39,173 bases of DNA. Source: a virus. Lineage: Duplodnaviria; Heunggongvirae; Uroviricota; Caudoviricetes. The stretch lies in the IMG/VR virus record IMGVR_UViG_2563366802_000014; one strand, given 5' to 3'. The notes beneath the pieces are model-generated. The model had not been told where the DNA came from and did no database searches. It was given only the letters and a program-made list of their open reading frames with translations. A program made the translations under genes and the position numbers. Shown one piece after another: positions 27,750-35,500 of the stretch; within the stretch, counting starts at the first letter, position 1, and the number at the start of each line of letters is the position of its first letter.

Positions 27750-27761
27750 GTGACATGTCAC
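27750..27761. repeat. 12-bp perfect palindrome GTGACATGTCAC (copy 3 of 3)
   Basis: Overlaps the TGA stop codon of the 113-aa gene, about 40 nt upstream of the terminator. Confidence 0.8.
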
Positions 27762-28099
27762 ACTATTAATTTCGTTTCATGCCAGCCTTTAGTCACCCAG
27801 CATTGCGAGTCACCATTACACGGGCATGAATTCACAGGAACTCTCTCGCCGCACTTACCGCAACGTTTTCTGCTGATCGATTTTATACGCCCGCGCACGC
27901 GTGCATCATCCTGGCGGATCAGTAACGCTATATACTCACCAAATTCGTAAGGCGCACGCCCGGGGCGACGCGTGGCACAGTTACGCTCCAGCATTTCAAT
28001 TTCCTGAGCATCAAGCACAATCTCCAGCTTACGTACACCGGATTCAGCTTGTCTGGCTCTCTGAGCGGCTTTGCGCTCTGCTGCTGATTTAGCCATCAA
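27758..28099 (-). CDS. Small basic protein with C-terminal Cys-rich zinc-ribbon-like motif (113 aa), candidate late-gene regulator
   Basis: ORF from track; C-terminus CGKCG...CPCNGDSQC; last gene before the terminator and packaging genes; role is speculative. Confidence 0.45.
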   Translation of the reverse strand: MMAKSAAERKAAQRARQAESGVRKLEIVLDAQEIEMLERNCATRRPGRAPYEFGEYIALLIRQDDARVRGRIKSISRKRCGKCGERVPVNSCPCNGDSQCWVTKGWHETKLIV

Positions 28100-28123
28100 T
28101 ATTCACCTTTATTGCGAACATAC

Positions 28124-28345
28124 TTAGCTGTGTGTTGCCGATGTGCGGAGATTCTCTTCTATCAATTCCACGCATTCTGACCGACGAACAAATAATTCGT
28201 CTCCGTTATGAATTACGACATAGCCGTAAGCGGTTTTACGCATCACATCGAACTCATCCCATACGGAAATACCGCACTCTGCTAACGAGCAATCCAAATA
28301 ATCTTCCGGATGCTTGTCGGTGTTATTAATGATGCGAATCCTCAA
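28124..28345 (-). CDS. Hypothetical protein (73 aa)
   Basis: ORF from track in the nin-like early-right region. Confidence 0.45.
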   Translation of the reverse strand: MRIRIINNTDKHPEDYLDCSLAECGISVWDEFDVMRKTAYGYVVIHNGDELFVRRSECVELIEENLRTSATHS

Positions 28346-28375
28346 ATCTTTTCACCTTTAAGGATAAGTTGCAGG

Positions 28376-29116
28376 TTAGCCACGGTTAACCTCCTGCGGC
28401 GGTTCCGGTAGCGGCATCCAGTGAGTTGCTTGCTCAATACCATTACCCGGCTTAATCGTTGCATCTCCTCTCCGAAAGGTGCTTCCGGTATAGCGTGCGG
28501 AGCATATTAGCGGTTCAACCAGAGAGCTATCGAAATTCACCGAAATAAGCACGTTCTGGCCCTTTTCAGGCATTCGATCACTACAGCTTATCCAACTATC
28601 CGGAGTTCCCGGAGAGTTGCCATTTACATCGAAGTTTGGCTCTGCGTCCTGAACCAAGAGGATGTAACCATTCTTGGCTGTATCAAGTTCTAACGCCTCG
28701 GTGACGGTGCCGAAATAGCGATTACCTAAATCAGCATCACAAGTGCTTATATCAATGGAAACTTCCATGCCTTCGATTAATTCTGGCAAGTTGTAAGTTT
28801 GGCTTACAGGTTGGCTACCCTGAAGCATGGCGGCGCGGTGACACCAGATAATCCAGCCAAGCGCCATATCCCATGCCATGTATTCTCTATCGCCATTTTT
28901 TGCCCTACGGCGATCTACAGATTCCCCGAAACGCTTCTCCATAAATAATTCATAGGCTGCTCGTTCATCCGATACTGCTGCCAGTGATGCCTGTGCAATT
29001 TTTAATGCGGTAAGCATGTTGTTTTGATCTTCATCGAGTCCGAACGGTATTTCATCCCGTGCTGACTCAATGCTGGTAATCGTGTTCTGTAACCATTCTT
29101 TGGTAAGAGTATTCAT
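28376..29116 (-). CDS. Phage protein with C-terminal DUF551-like domain (246 aa)
   Basis: C-terminal motif THWMPLPEPP typical of DUF551 proteins of lambdoid nin regions (from memory). Confidence 0.55.
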   Translation of the reverse strand: MNTLTKEWLQNTITSIESARDEIPFGLDEDQNNMLTALKIAQASLAAVSDERAAYELFMEKRFGESVDRRRAKNGDREYMAWDMALGWIIWCHRAAMLQGSQPVSQTYNLPELIEGMEVSIDISTCDADLGNRYFGTVTEALELDTAKNGYILLVQDAEPNFDVNGNSPGTPDSWISCSDRMPEKGQNVLISVNFDSSLVEPLICSARYTGSTFRRGDATIKPGNGIEQATHWMPLPEPPQEVNRG

Positions 29117-29118
29117 AA

Positions 29119-29331
29119 CTATTTCACCTTAATCTCAACATTTCGCAGCTTTAGCTCTACTGGCAAGTCTGACTTTCCTGTTAATGCTAATGCGAGATTT
29201 TCAGGAGTAATGAGAGCAGTTATTGTTTTCCCCATCGCCAGACGAATAATCATTCGTATCTCGCGATCGTCACATGCTCCCGGTCGAACAATTGATATTT
29301 GTCCGTTCATCTCACTCTCCTTTGATGCCAA
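29119..29331 (-). CDS. Hypothetical protein (70 aa)
   Basis: ORF from track, overlapping its upstream neighbour by 20 nt. Confidence 0.4.
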   Translation of the reverse strand: MASKESEMNGQISIVRPGACDDREIRMIIRLAMGKTITALITPENLALALTGKSDLPVELKLRNVEIKVK

Positions 29332-29977
29332 TGTTTACAGCCTGACAAGCCTCTTTGAGCACCCAGTCAACAGCGTCTTTCCATGCTCCGGTTTCGACTG
29401 GCGGATTCTCACGTTTTACCTGCTCATAGAAGCGCACAGCTTTAACCAGTCCTTCCGGCACTACTGGCGATGGCTGTTTAGCTTCTAAATCAGCAATTCT
29501 GTCAACCACGGCATCGACAGCATCTGAAAAGCCGAACCAGTTGCTCCACTCCGGCCTGTTACCGGTTGCTGCAAAGTACATATCAGCTAAAGCAGACTCA
29601 GCATGGTCACGCTCGTTAATGAGTTGCTCTTCGCTTTTCTCCAGTTCAGCAATACGCTTACTCCCATCAGAGATAACGCCTTCGTAATACTCACGCTGCT
29701 CGTTGAGTTTTGATTTTGCTGCCTCCAGTTCGTCCAGTAGTGCAATCACATCAGGGTCACTGTCATCAACTACTGTTACGCGTGATTTTTCATAATGCTC
29801 GTCGGCAAGTGTGCGACCAATTTTGAAATCTCCATCACCACCATAACCGGAGCAGGCATAAGTGACATGTGCTCCAGATATACGCTGTATTGACATTTCC
29901 TCGCCACAAACAGAGCATTCAGGTACTGGCTTAGGTGAATAACGTTCCCGTAGCGCCTGATAATCAATCTCGCTCAC
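29312..29977 (-). CDS. Hypothetical early protein, possibly Ead/Ea22-like (221 aa)
   Basis: ORF from track; acidic, coiled-coil-rich; family assignment is tentative. Confidence 0.45.
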   Translation of the reverse strand: MSEIDYQALRERYSPKPVPECSVCGEEMSIQRISGAHVTYACSGYGGDGDFKIGRTLADEHYEKSRVTVVDDSDPDVIALLDELEAAKSKLNEQREYYEGVISDGSKRIAELEKSEEQLINERDHAESALADMYFAATGNRPEWSNWFGFSDAVDAVVDRIADLEAKQPSPVVPEGLVKAVRFYEQVKRENPPVETGAWKDAVDWVLKEACQAVNIGIKGE

Positions 29978-30414
29978 TGGTTGCCTCCTTTGCGAAGCTG
30001 TTCAGCAATACTTACGCATATCTCTGCGCCTCTAATCAGCCCCGGAACGTTCTTGTTTGGCCCAACTTCACCATCGACAAAATCAATCATCGCGTTACGA
30101 GCCATATCCACACCCTGCGCCCGCACTTCAGCAAGGGAGGCGTCGGTGGCTGGGGTTTCTGGCATACAGTCAGCAGCGTCGAAATACTCTTCACTTTTGT
30201 CATCCCAAATCCAGCAATCATCTTTGATGAACTTGTTCAGCCCCGCATTCTCCGCTGCCAGCGCATTAGCACGCACCAGTTGCACTTCCAGTTGCGTTGC
30301 CAAATCGCTGATCAGCTTTGCCACACTGCGCATATCAACGGCACCACATTCTGCTTTCAGTTCCGAAGCCATCTCATGCCCGGCGGCAACTAACCCTTTG
30401 ATATTACTTTCCAT
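29974..30414 (-). CDS. Hypothetical early protein (146 aa)
   Basis: ORF from track, translationally coupled to its downstream neighbour. Confidence 0.45.
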   Translation of the reverse strand: MESNIKGLVAAGHEMASELKAECGAVDMRSVAKLISDLATQLEVQLVRANALAAENAGLNKFIKDDCWIWDDKSEEYFDAADCMPETPATDASLAEVRAQGVDMARNAMIDFVDGEVGPNKNVPGLIRGAEICVSIAEQLRKGGNQ

Positions 30415-30475
30415 CTTTACCCTCGCTTATCCACATAACTTATTGATTACACTGATAACTAAAAAGATCGTCGAT

Positions 30476-30820
30476 TCAGAACTCTTCGATGTTCCAGCCA
30501 CCACCTGCTTTCTTTGGTTTAACCGTTACCCCGATGATTCGGAACGGATACTGATCTGCGGCGACTTTGGTTTTCACCCTGGCGTCGTCGGTCCAGAAAC
30601 CTTTCACTTCGTGCAGTTCCATCTCGCCGGTGGCGAGCATCACAGCAAAATCGGGCGTATAGAACGTGTTGTCAGCTAACCGTAGCTTGATACCCTCGAA
30701 TCGATACCAGGCGATTTCCCCTGCACGTTTACGAAGCTCAAGGTGCTGGCAATACGCAGATTCTGTTTTGTTCATCTGGCCTGTTTTGAGTCGACCAAGA
30801 GCCTGTATCTGTTTTCTCAT
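30476..30820 (-). CDS. Small PD-(D/E)XK-like nuclease-fold protein (114 aa), possible junction-resolving or replication-associated nuclease
   Basis: Motif TPDF...GEMELHEVKG consistent with a D...E.K nuclease core; own promoter region flanked by two operator sites. Confidence 0.45.
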   Translation of the reverse strand: MRKQIQALGRLKTGQMNKTESAYCQHLELRKRAGEIAWYRFEGIKLRLADNTFYTPDFAVMLATGEMELHEVKGFWTDDARVKTKVAADQYPFRIIGVTVKPKKAGGGWNIEEF

Positions 30821-30823
30821 GAT

Positions 30824-30900
30824 TTACCCCTGAGGTAATTAAAAACCACATAAGACACGAAATCAATAGATCTTAGAACATTTTATTACCTAGCAGGTAA
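30824..30900. promoter_or_regulatory. Promoter region flanked by two perfect operator-like sites
   Basis: TTACCcctgaGGTAA (30824-30838) overlapping the RBS of the 30820 gene and TTACCtagcaGGTAA (30886-30900); minus-strand TTGATT, 17 bp, TTTAAT promoter-like hexamers between them. Confidence 0.55.
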
Positions 30901-30937
30901 TTATCAAGACGTAAAAAAATGCGCTATCGCGCTGGTA

Positions 30938-31738
30938 TTACTTGATAAATCCTGCCGCCTTTCCCCGCCTGTATTCCTCCATCAGCCACTGCGCCGGTGT
31001 TATTCCCCCCAGGGTAGCGGCGTTAGGCATACACCCGAAACTTCGCCCTGGTGGATGGTAAACGTCTCTCCCTGTGTCCGGAGGCGTACTCATGGGTTCT
31101 GGCTTTGCCTGTATGCTGATCACCGGATCGGGTATCTGCTGTCCGGAAGCCACCTTTTTCGCCCAATCATCGAGCAGCCTGCGCGCGTGTTTCTCAACCT
31201 CAATCTCGCTAAGCTGGCGCTGATACATTGCACGGCGGGTATCACATACGACCCAGTACATAACCGGATGTCGCCACGGGAATCTTTCGGGACCACCAGG
31301 ATATAAACTTTTTTCCTTGCTGTACCGGTGAAACTCCGCCATCACATCGTCAATGGTGACGCCAAGAACCATCTTGCTGTCTTTACACCACTTGATGAAT
31401 TGCCCTGGCGACGGCCAGAACGGAGACTCACTGGCGCGGGCGTGGCGCATACCAGCAGAAACCTGTTCACGGGTTCGGATCCCCCCTTCGGCAAACGCAG
31501 CAATCCACTGCTGTTTTGCAGCGACTTCCTGCTCTGGCGTCTTCAGGTTGGTTACCACTGCCGCCGGAAACAGTTGTTTCAGCTGTTTGAAAAGGGCATC
31601 AACAAGCCTCTCTGCTGACATGTTCACCACGTTGTCATTGTTGGTGTACTGATGCTCATAACCTGACATGCGAGAAAGGGCTTCTCCGTCACGGTTTTGT
31701 ATCGCGGTAAAAACGTTGTTCACAAGAAATCCTCCCAT
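30938..31738 (-). CDS. Replication protein P-like (helicase loader)
   Basis: Segment LFPAAVVTNLKTPEQEVAAKQQWIAAFAEGGIRTREQVSAGMRHARASESPFWPSPGQFIKWC aligns by eye with phage lambda P. Confidence 0.75.
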   Translation of the reverse strand: MGGFLVNNVFTAIQNRDGEALSRMSGYEHQYTNNDNVVNMSAERLVDALFKQLKQLFPAAVVTNLKTPEQEVAAKQQWIAAFAEGGIRTREQVSAGMRHARASESPFWPSPGQFIKWCKDSKMVLGVTIDDVMAEFHRYSKEKSLYPGGPERFPWRHPVMYWVVCDTRRAMYQRQLSEIEVEKHARRLLDDWAKKVASGQQIPDPVISIQAKPEPMSTPPDTGRDVYHPPGRSFGCMPNAATLGGITPAQWLMEEYRRGKAAGFIK

Positions 31739-32535
31739 GCTTCAGGGCTGTTCCAGTGCGGAACGTTGTTATCAGGTAATGTTGATTGCTTCTGTCTGCT
31801 AATCTGCAGCCGCCTTGCCAGCTTCTGCTCCCACTGTGCCTGATGGTATGCCTTACCCTCAGCCATCCAGTAAATTCTGAACTCTGCAAGTTCCTGTGCC
31901 GTTGGCAGACTGTCCAGGTAGATCCCCTGCAATGAGCTTTTCCGAAGAAAGTCATCTGATGGCTGCCATTGTTCATGCATGACAAATTTGCCTAATTGCC
32001 CTGGCCCACCAGGAGGAACAAAGTTATTCATCACGGCGTTGTTTGCGCCGGGGTCATGAGGCACAGAATCCCCGCTTTTTGTCCTGCTCTCCCTCTCTTG
32101 GTTAAATGACTGGTTATATGACTGGTTCTGGATCCCGTTTTTGGGATCATTCAACATCCCGTTTTTGGGATCATTCAACATCCCGTTTTTGGGTATATTC
32201 CCGTTTTCGGTAACATTACCGTTTTCGGGTTCATAACCCCCTTCCCGGTTGCCTTTAATGTTCCCGTTTTTGGTTATATTAAGAGAGAAAACCCGCACTC
32301 TTTTCGTCGCTCCCTTTCTCTCTCCGGTATCTGAAATAAGCCCCATTTTCATGAGCGATATAAGCCCGGCCTGCACGGTTTTTTTATTCAGGCAAGTGTC
32401 TTTAACGAGGCGTTCTATGCTGGGGTAGCAGAGGTTATATTCATCGGCTCTGTCAGCCATCGAGAGCAGTATGAGCTTTAATGACGAGCTACCTGGATCT
32501 GTCTCCCAGGCCCAATCTGTTGCATGTCTGCTCAT
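31720..32535 (-). CDS. Replication initiator, O-like, with embedded origin iterons
   Basis: Position between Cro-like and P-like genes; internal direct DNA repeats encoding PKNGMLNDPKNG; N-terminal DNA-binding-like region. Confidence 0.65.
   Translation of the reverse strand: MSRHATDWAWETDPGSSSLKLILLSMADRADEYNLCYPSIERLVKDTCLNKKTVQAGLISLMKMGLISDTGERKGATKRVRVFSLNITKNGNIKGNREGGYEPENGNVTENGNIPKNGMLNDPKNGMLNDPKNGIQNQSYNQSFNQERESRTKSGDSVPHDPGANNAVMNNFVPPGGPGQLGKFVMHEQWQPSDDFLRKSSLQGIYLDSLPTAQELAEFRIYWMAEGKAYHQAQWEQKLARRLQISRQKQSTLPDNNVPHWNSPEAWEDFL
32095..32290. repeat. Origin-like iteron array inside the O-like gene
   Basis: Tandem repeats ATCCCGTTTTTGGGATCATTCAAC (two to three full copies), further CCCGTTTT(C/T)GG variants, and TGACTGGTT duplicated upstream. 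Confidence 0.7.
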
Positions 32536-32550
32536 GATTAATCTCCGCTA

Positions 32551-32751
32551 TCAGCTTGAATGTTGTGGGGAGGAATTAATCATGATCTGCTTAATCTCTG
32601 CCCTGATACGACGGTTTGATTCCATGGTGCACTCAACACAGTGTCCGTTGTAAACCCAGCGTTCACTGTCATGTCCGTGCTTACATGTTTTTCCGGTGTA
32701 GTAGCGTTTAAGTCCGCGCTTTGCGGCATCAATACGTGTAATGATTTCCAT
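32551..32751 (-). CDS. Small Cys/His-rich protein (66 aa), possible zinc-binding regulator
   Basis: Start reassigned to ATG 32751 (MEIITRID); motif CKHGHDSERWVYNGHCVEC; sits where cII-like genes occur in lambdoid maps. Confidence 0.45.
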   Translation of the reverse strand: MEIITRIDAAKRGLKRYYTGKTCKHGHDSERWVYNGHCVECTMESNRRIRAEIKQIMINSSPQHSS

Positions 32752-32831
32752 GGTAAGCCCTGTTATTAGTATTGGGATTACGGTCATTTTGTGCTGACAC
32801 AAAAAAAAGATCAACCAGATTTGGTTTTTTA

Positions 32832-32846
32832 TTACCTTTGAGGTAC
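32832..32846. promoter_or_regulatory. Operator-like site TTACCtttgaGGTAc downstream of the Cro-like gene
   Basis: One mismatch to the motif; adjacent hairpin AGACCGCC..GGCGGTCT. Confidence 0.4.
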
Positions 32847-32901
32847 GAATAGATATGAAAAGACCGCCGGATGGCGGTCTACAGAGGGTTGTAGCTGGAT
32901 A

Positions 32902-33132
32902 TCATGAGTAGAAGAAGTATGCCAGTTCTGCTTTTGAGCGCAGCCATTGTCTTGTTTTACAGGCTTTAAAAAGCCCATTCATCAATACTTTACCTGGCAT
33001 TTTGCGCTTACCTGTTAAGTGAGTCTGGATATAGTGACTCGTCGTTCCGGCTTCCTGTGCGAAGGCTTCACGCTCATCCGGAGTAAGTGCAAGCCAGTGC
33101 TTTTTGAAATCGAAATGTCCGTTATCGCTCAT
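32902..33132 (-). CDS. Cro-like small HTH regulator
   Basis: 76 aa, divergent from the repressor gene across an operator-bearing intergenic region; HTH-like segment AFAQEAGTTSHYIQTHLTGKRK. Confidence 0.55.
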   Translation of the reverse strand: MSDNGHFDFKKHWLALTPDEREAFAQEAGTTSHYIQTHLTGKRKMPGKVLMNGLFKACKTRQWLRSKAELAYFFYS

Positions 33133-33168
33133 AGCTATTGCCTGATATTTATTTCAGATAATAAATAT

Positions 33169-33231
33169 TCACCCATAAGGTAACAAAAATCAAGGATAGT
33201 TACCTATGAGGTGCATTTACCTGTTGGGTAA
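33169..33231. promoter_or_regulatory. Divergent promoter region with three operator-like sites (OR-like)
   Basis: TcACCcataaGGTAA (33169-33183), TTACCtatgaGGTgc (33200-33214) and perfect TTACCtgttgGGTAA (33217-33231) between the Cro-like and repressor genes. Confidence 0.65.
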
Positions 33232-33286
33232 TATTGCTTTAAATTGAATCATCTACTGATTCATATATGAGGCGATTTTTCAGAAA

Positions 33287-33871
33287 ATGAAAAGTATCCA
33301 GGACGTCCGCAGGCAAAATCTCAACGACTTGATCGACCGTGAATTCAATGGTGTTCAGACGCGGATGGCAGAAAAACTTGGAACTCAGGCAAATCTGGTA
33401 AACCGCTGGGCTCTTGGCAAGAAGGTTATCGGCGACCAGGTTGCGCGAAAAATTGAAGCTGCCGCCAATAAACCCCGTAACTGGCTTGATATCGATCGCT
33501 CGCTTTCTCAGGAAGGTTTTCAGCCTGTCGGCCCAAGCGATATTGGTCAGCTGGCAGCTCACAACCTGGAACGCTGGATGAGTGAAAGCCGCGACCTTTC
33601 AACTCAGGGAAAACTTCACCGCGCATCCGGCGTCGCCCAGGTGACAATAAGCCGCCTGTTAAACAATGAGGTCAGCGTTTCCATTTCCACCCTGGAGAAT
33701 GTTGCATCTGCATTCGGGCGTCACGGATATGAACTACTGATTCATCCGCATGACCCTGCAACTATCAACTATGACCGCTCGCGCTACGCATTGTTACCTG
33801 AAACAGAGAAGGCAAAGATCGAAAGTTACATTGAATTTGTCATCAACCAGAACGAAAAAAACAAACAATAA
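33287..33871 (+). CDS. Prophage repressor candidate, tandem-HTH protein without recognisable autocleavage domain
   Basis: N-terminal HTH (QTRMAEKLGTQANLVNRWALGKK) and a second HTH-like segment (ASGVAQVTISRLLNNEVSVSISTLENVASAFG); no Ala-Gly / Ser-Lys peptidase signature seen; divergent from Cro-like gene. Confidence 0.6.
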   Translation: MKSIQDVRRQNLNDLIDREFNGVQTRMAEKLGTQANLVNRWALGKKVIGDQVARKIEAAANKPRNWLDIDRSLSQEGFQPVGPSDIGQLAAHNLERWMSESRDLSTQGKLHRASGVAQVTISRLLNNEVSVSISTLENVASAFGRHGYELLIHPHDPATINYDRSRYALLPETEKAKIESYIEFVINQNEKNKQ

Positions 33872-33891
33872 AATCATATTTTTCAGTAAGT

Positions 33892-33916
33892 AAGCCGCCT
33901 TCTGGCGGCTTTTTTA
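33892..33916 (+). terminator. Rho-independent terminator after the repressor gene
   Basis: Stem AAGCCGCC / GGCGGCTT with loop TTCT followed by a T-run. Confidence 0.7.
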
Positions 33917-33928
33917 TTGCCTATTTGA

Positions 33929-34005
33929 TTACCTAACGGGTAATTTTTTTAACTCATATCTATTGACATCAAACCAGATACGCATAATTATTACCTCAAC
34001 GGTAA
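33929..34005 (+). promoter_or_regulatory. Early-left promoter (PL-like) flanked by two perfect operator-like sites
   Basis: TTACCtaacgGGTAA (33929-33943), TTGACA at 33963-33968, AT-rich -10 region around 33983-33991, TTACCtcaacGGTAA (33991-34005). Confidence 0.6.
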
Positions 34006-34024
34006 CAGACCGAGGTAACAAGTT

Positions 34025-34177
34025 ATGCAGTGGAAAATCATCAACGGTTGGTACTGCGTTACTGCATGCGGATTCATGAGCTGGAAGTTCCGCACCTTAC
34101 AGGAAGGCATTAAGTGGGCTTTCGTCAGCAAAGAAGCTCGCGATGTGGCCAACGATAACGAGATATGGGAGGGCTGA
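34025..34177 (+). CDS. Small ORF (50 aa), first gene of the early-left operon, tentative
   Basis: Hand-translated; RBS GAGGT 9 nt upstream of ATG 34025; below the track cutoff. Confidence 0.3.
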   Translation: MQWKIINGWYCVTACGFMSWKFRTLQEGIKWAFVSKEARDVANDNEIWEG

Positions 34178-34179
34178 TA

Positions 34180-34479
34180 ATGAACGTTAATCAGCAGAAA
34201 AATCTTCAAAAAATCATGCTGGCATTCGACAAGGACTACCGCCTGTCAGAACAGCTATATGACCGACAAGTTGAACTGATTGAGAGTATCCGGCTTCATC
34301 AACTGGCATCAACTTTCGACGTTGTAACAGTTAAAGGCGTTCGCCAGGAAGTACTGGAGGCCGCTAAAGACAGTCCAGAGTTCGAAGAACTGATGGATTC
34401 CTACCGGCGCGAGGCAATGGCAATTATCGCCCGCTGGGATCTGGCTGATCAGCTTGATGGGCAGAGGGACGCGGCATGA
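34180..34479 (+). CDS. Hypothetical early protein (99 aa)
   Basis: ATG 34180 preceded by RBS GGGAGGG; the track ORF starts at 34165. Confidence 0.5.
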   Translation: MNVNQQKNLQKIMLAFDKDYRLSEQLYDRQVELIESIRLHQLASTFDVVTVKGVRQEVLEAAKDSPEFEELMDSYRREAMAIIARWDLADQLDGQRDAA

Positions 34480-34682
34480 AACCAACACTCCTCTCATTGC
34501 TGCGAGGTGGAAAACACAGCATCCGAGATATGGCAAAGATTCTTGGTATCTCAAGATCGAAGGTTTCTTGGTTCATCGCTGAGCTTGAACGTCGCAAATG
34601 GGTAGAGGTAACCAGGAGCGCAATATATTTCCACGATGGAACCAGATCCAACAAGCAGAACGAATACAAGGTTAAGTTATGA
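34476..34682 (+). CDS. Small winged-helix / HTH DNA-binding protein (68 aa)
   Basis: HTH-like segment SIRDMAKILGISRSKVSWFIAELERRKWV; translationally coupled on both sides. Confidence 0.5.
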   Translation: MKPTLLSLLRGGKHSIRDMAKILGISRSKVSWFIAELERRKWVEVTRSAIYFHDGTRSNKQNEYKVKL

Positions 34683-35500
34683 ATACTGGCATCTATTTCG
34701 ACATCAGCAATGAGGACTACCACGCCGGTGACGGCGTGAGTAAGTCGCAACTAGACATGGTTGCCAAGAATCCGGCGCTTCTTAAATGGGTTCAGGCAGC
34801 ACCAGAAGACGAAGAGAAAAAGTCTGCACTGGATATGGGAACCGCATTGCACTGTCTGCTTCTGGAGCCTGGAGAGTTCGACAAACGCTTCATTGTTTCA
34901 CCGAAATTCGATCGTCGGACGAAACAAGGTAAAGCTGACGAAGAGGCATTTCTTCGTGATGTGGCGGATATGGGGATTACGGTACTTGATGCCGAGCAGT
35001 GGCGGAAACTGGAGCTGATGCGTGATAGCGCAATGGCTCACCCGGCGGCACGCTGGATGCTGGAAGCACCTGGTTACTGCGAAGCATCAATGTACTGGAA
35101 CGATGAAGATACTGGTGAGTTGTGCCGCATTCGTCCAGACAAATGGCTGAACGAGCACAACGTGATCGTCGACGTGAAAAAGGTTGCAGATATGGACCGT
35201 TTTGCACGCCACATCGAGGAATTCCGCTACCACGTGCAGGACGCAATGTACCGCGAAGGCGCAATGAGGGTTACTGGTCAGCCGCATGGTTTTTTCTTTC
35301 TTGCCGTGAGCGAAAGCATTGATTGTGGTCGGTATCCGGTACGCGTGTTCGAGCTGGATGCGCCGGATGTCGATGCCGGGCACGCTCTGTTCCGCCGGGA
35401 TCTGAATACCTATCACGAATGCCGCATCAATGATGAATGGGGCGGCGTGGAAATTATTAAACGCCCTGACTGGGCACGTAAACAGGATATGTACGTATGA
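34679..35500 (+). CDS. Recombination exonuclease, RecE C-terminal-domain-like (PD-(D/E)XK)
   Basis: Motifs GIYFDISNEDYHAG, YHVQDAMY and DCGRYPV match my recollection of the RecE nuclease domain. Confidence 0.7.
   Translation: MNTGIYFDISNEDYHAGDGVSKSQLDMVAKNPALLKWVQAAPEDEEKKSALDMGTALHCLLLEPGEFDKRFIVSPKFDRRTKQGKADEEAFLRDVADMGITVLDAEQWRKLELMRDSAMAHPAARWMLEAPGYCEASMYWNDEDTGELCRIRPDKWLNEHNVIVDVKKVADMDRFARHIEEFRYHVQDAMYREGAMRVTGQPHGFFFLAVSESIDCGRYPVRVFELDAPDVDAGHALFRRDLNTYHECRINDEWGGVEIIKRPDWARKQDMYV

Noticed and set aside
28346-28375. Sequence TCACCtttaaGGATA resembling the operator motif upstream of the 28345 gene
   Set aside because: Three mismatches to TTACC-N5-GGTAA; too degenerate to count as a site without binding data.
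30426-30434. Single DnaA-box-like 9-mer TTATCCACA in an early-region intergenic spacer
   Set aside because: A lone 9-mer is expected by chance at roughly 0.3 copies in a window this size on both strands; no clustering, and the iteron origin is elsewhere.
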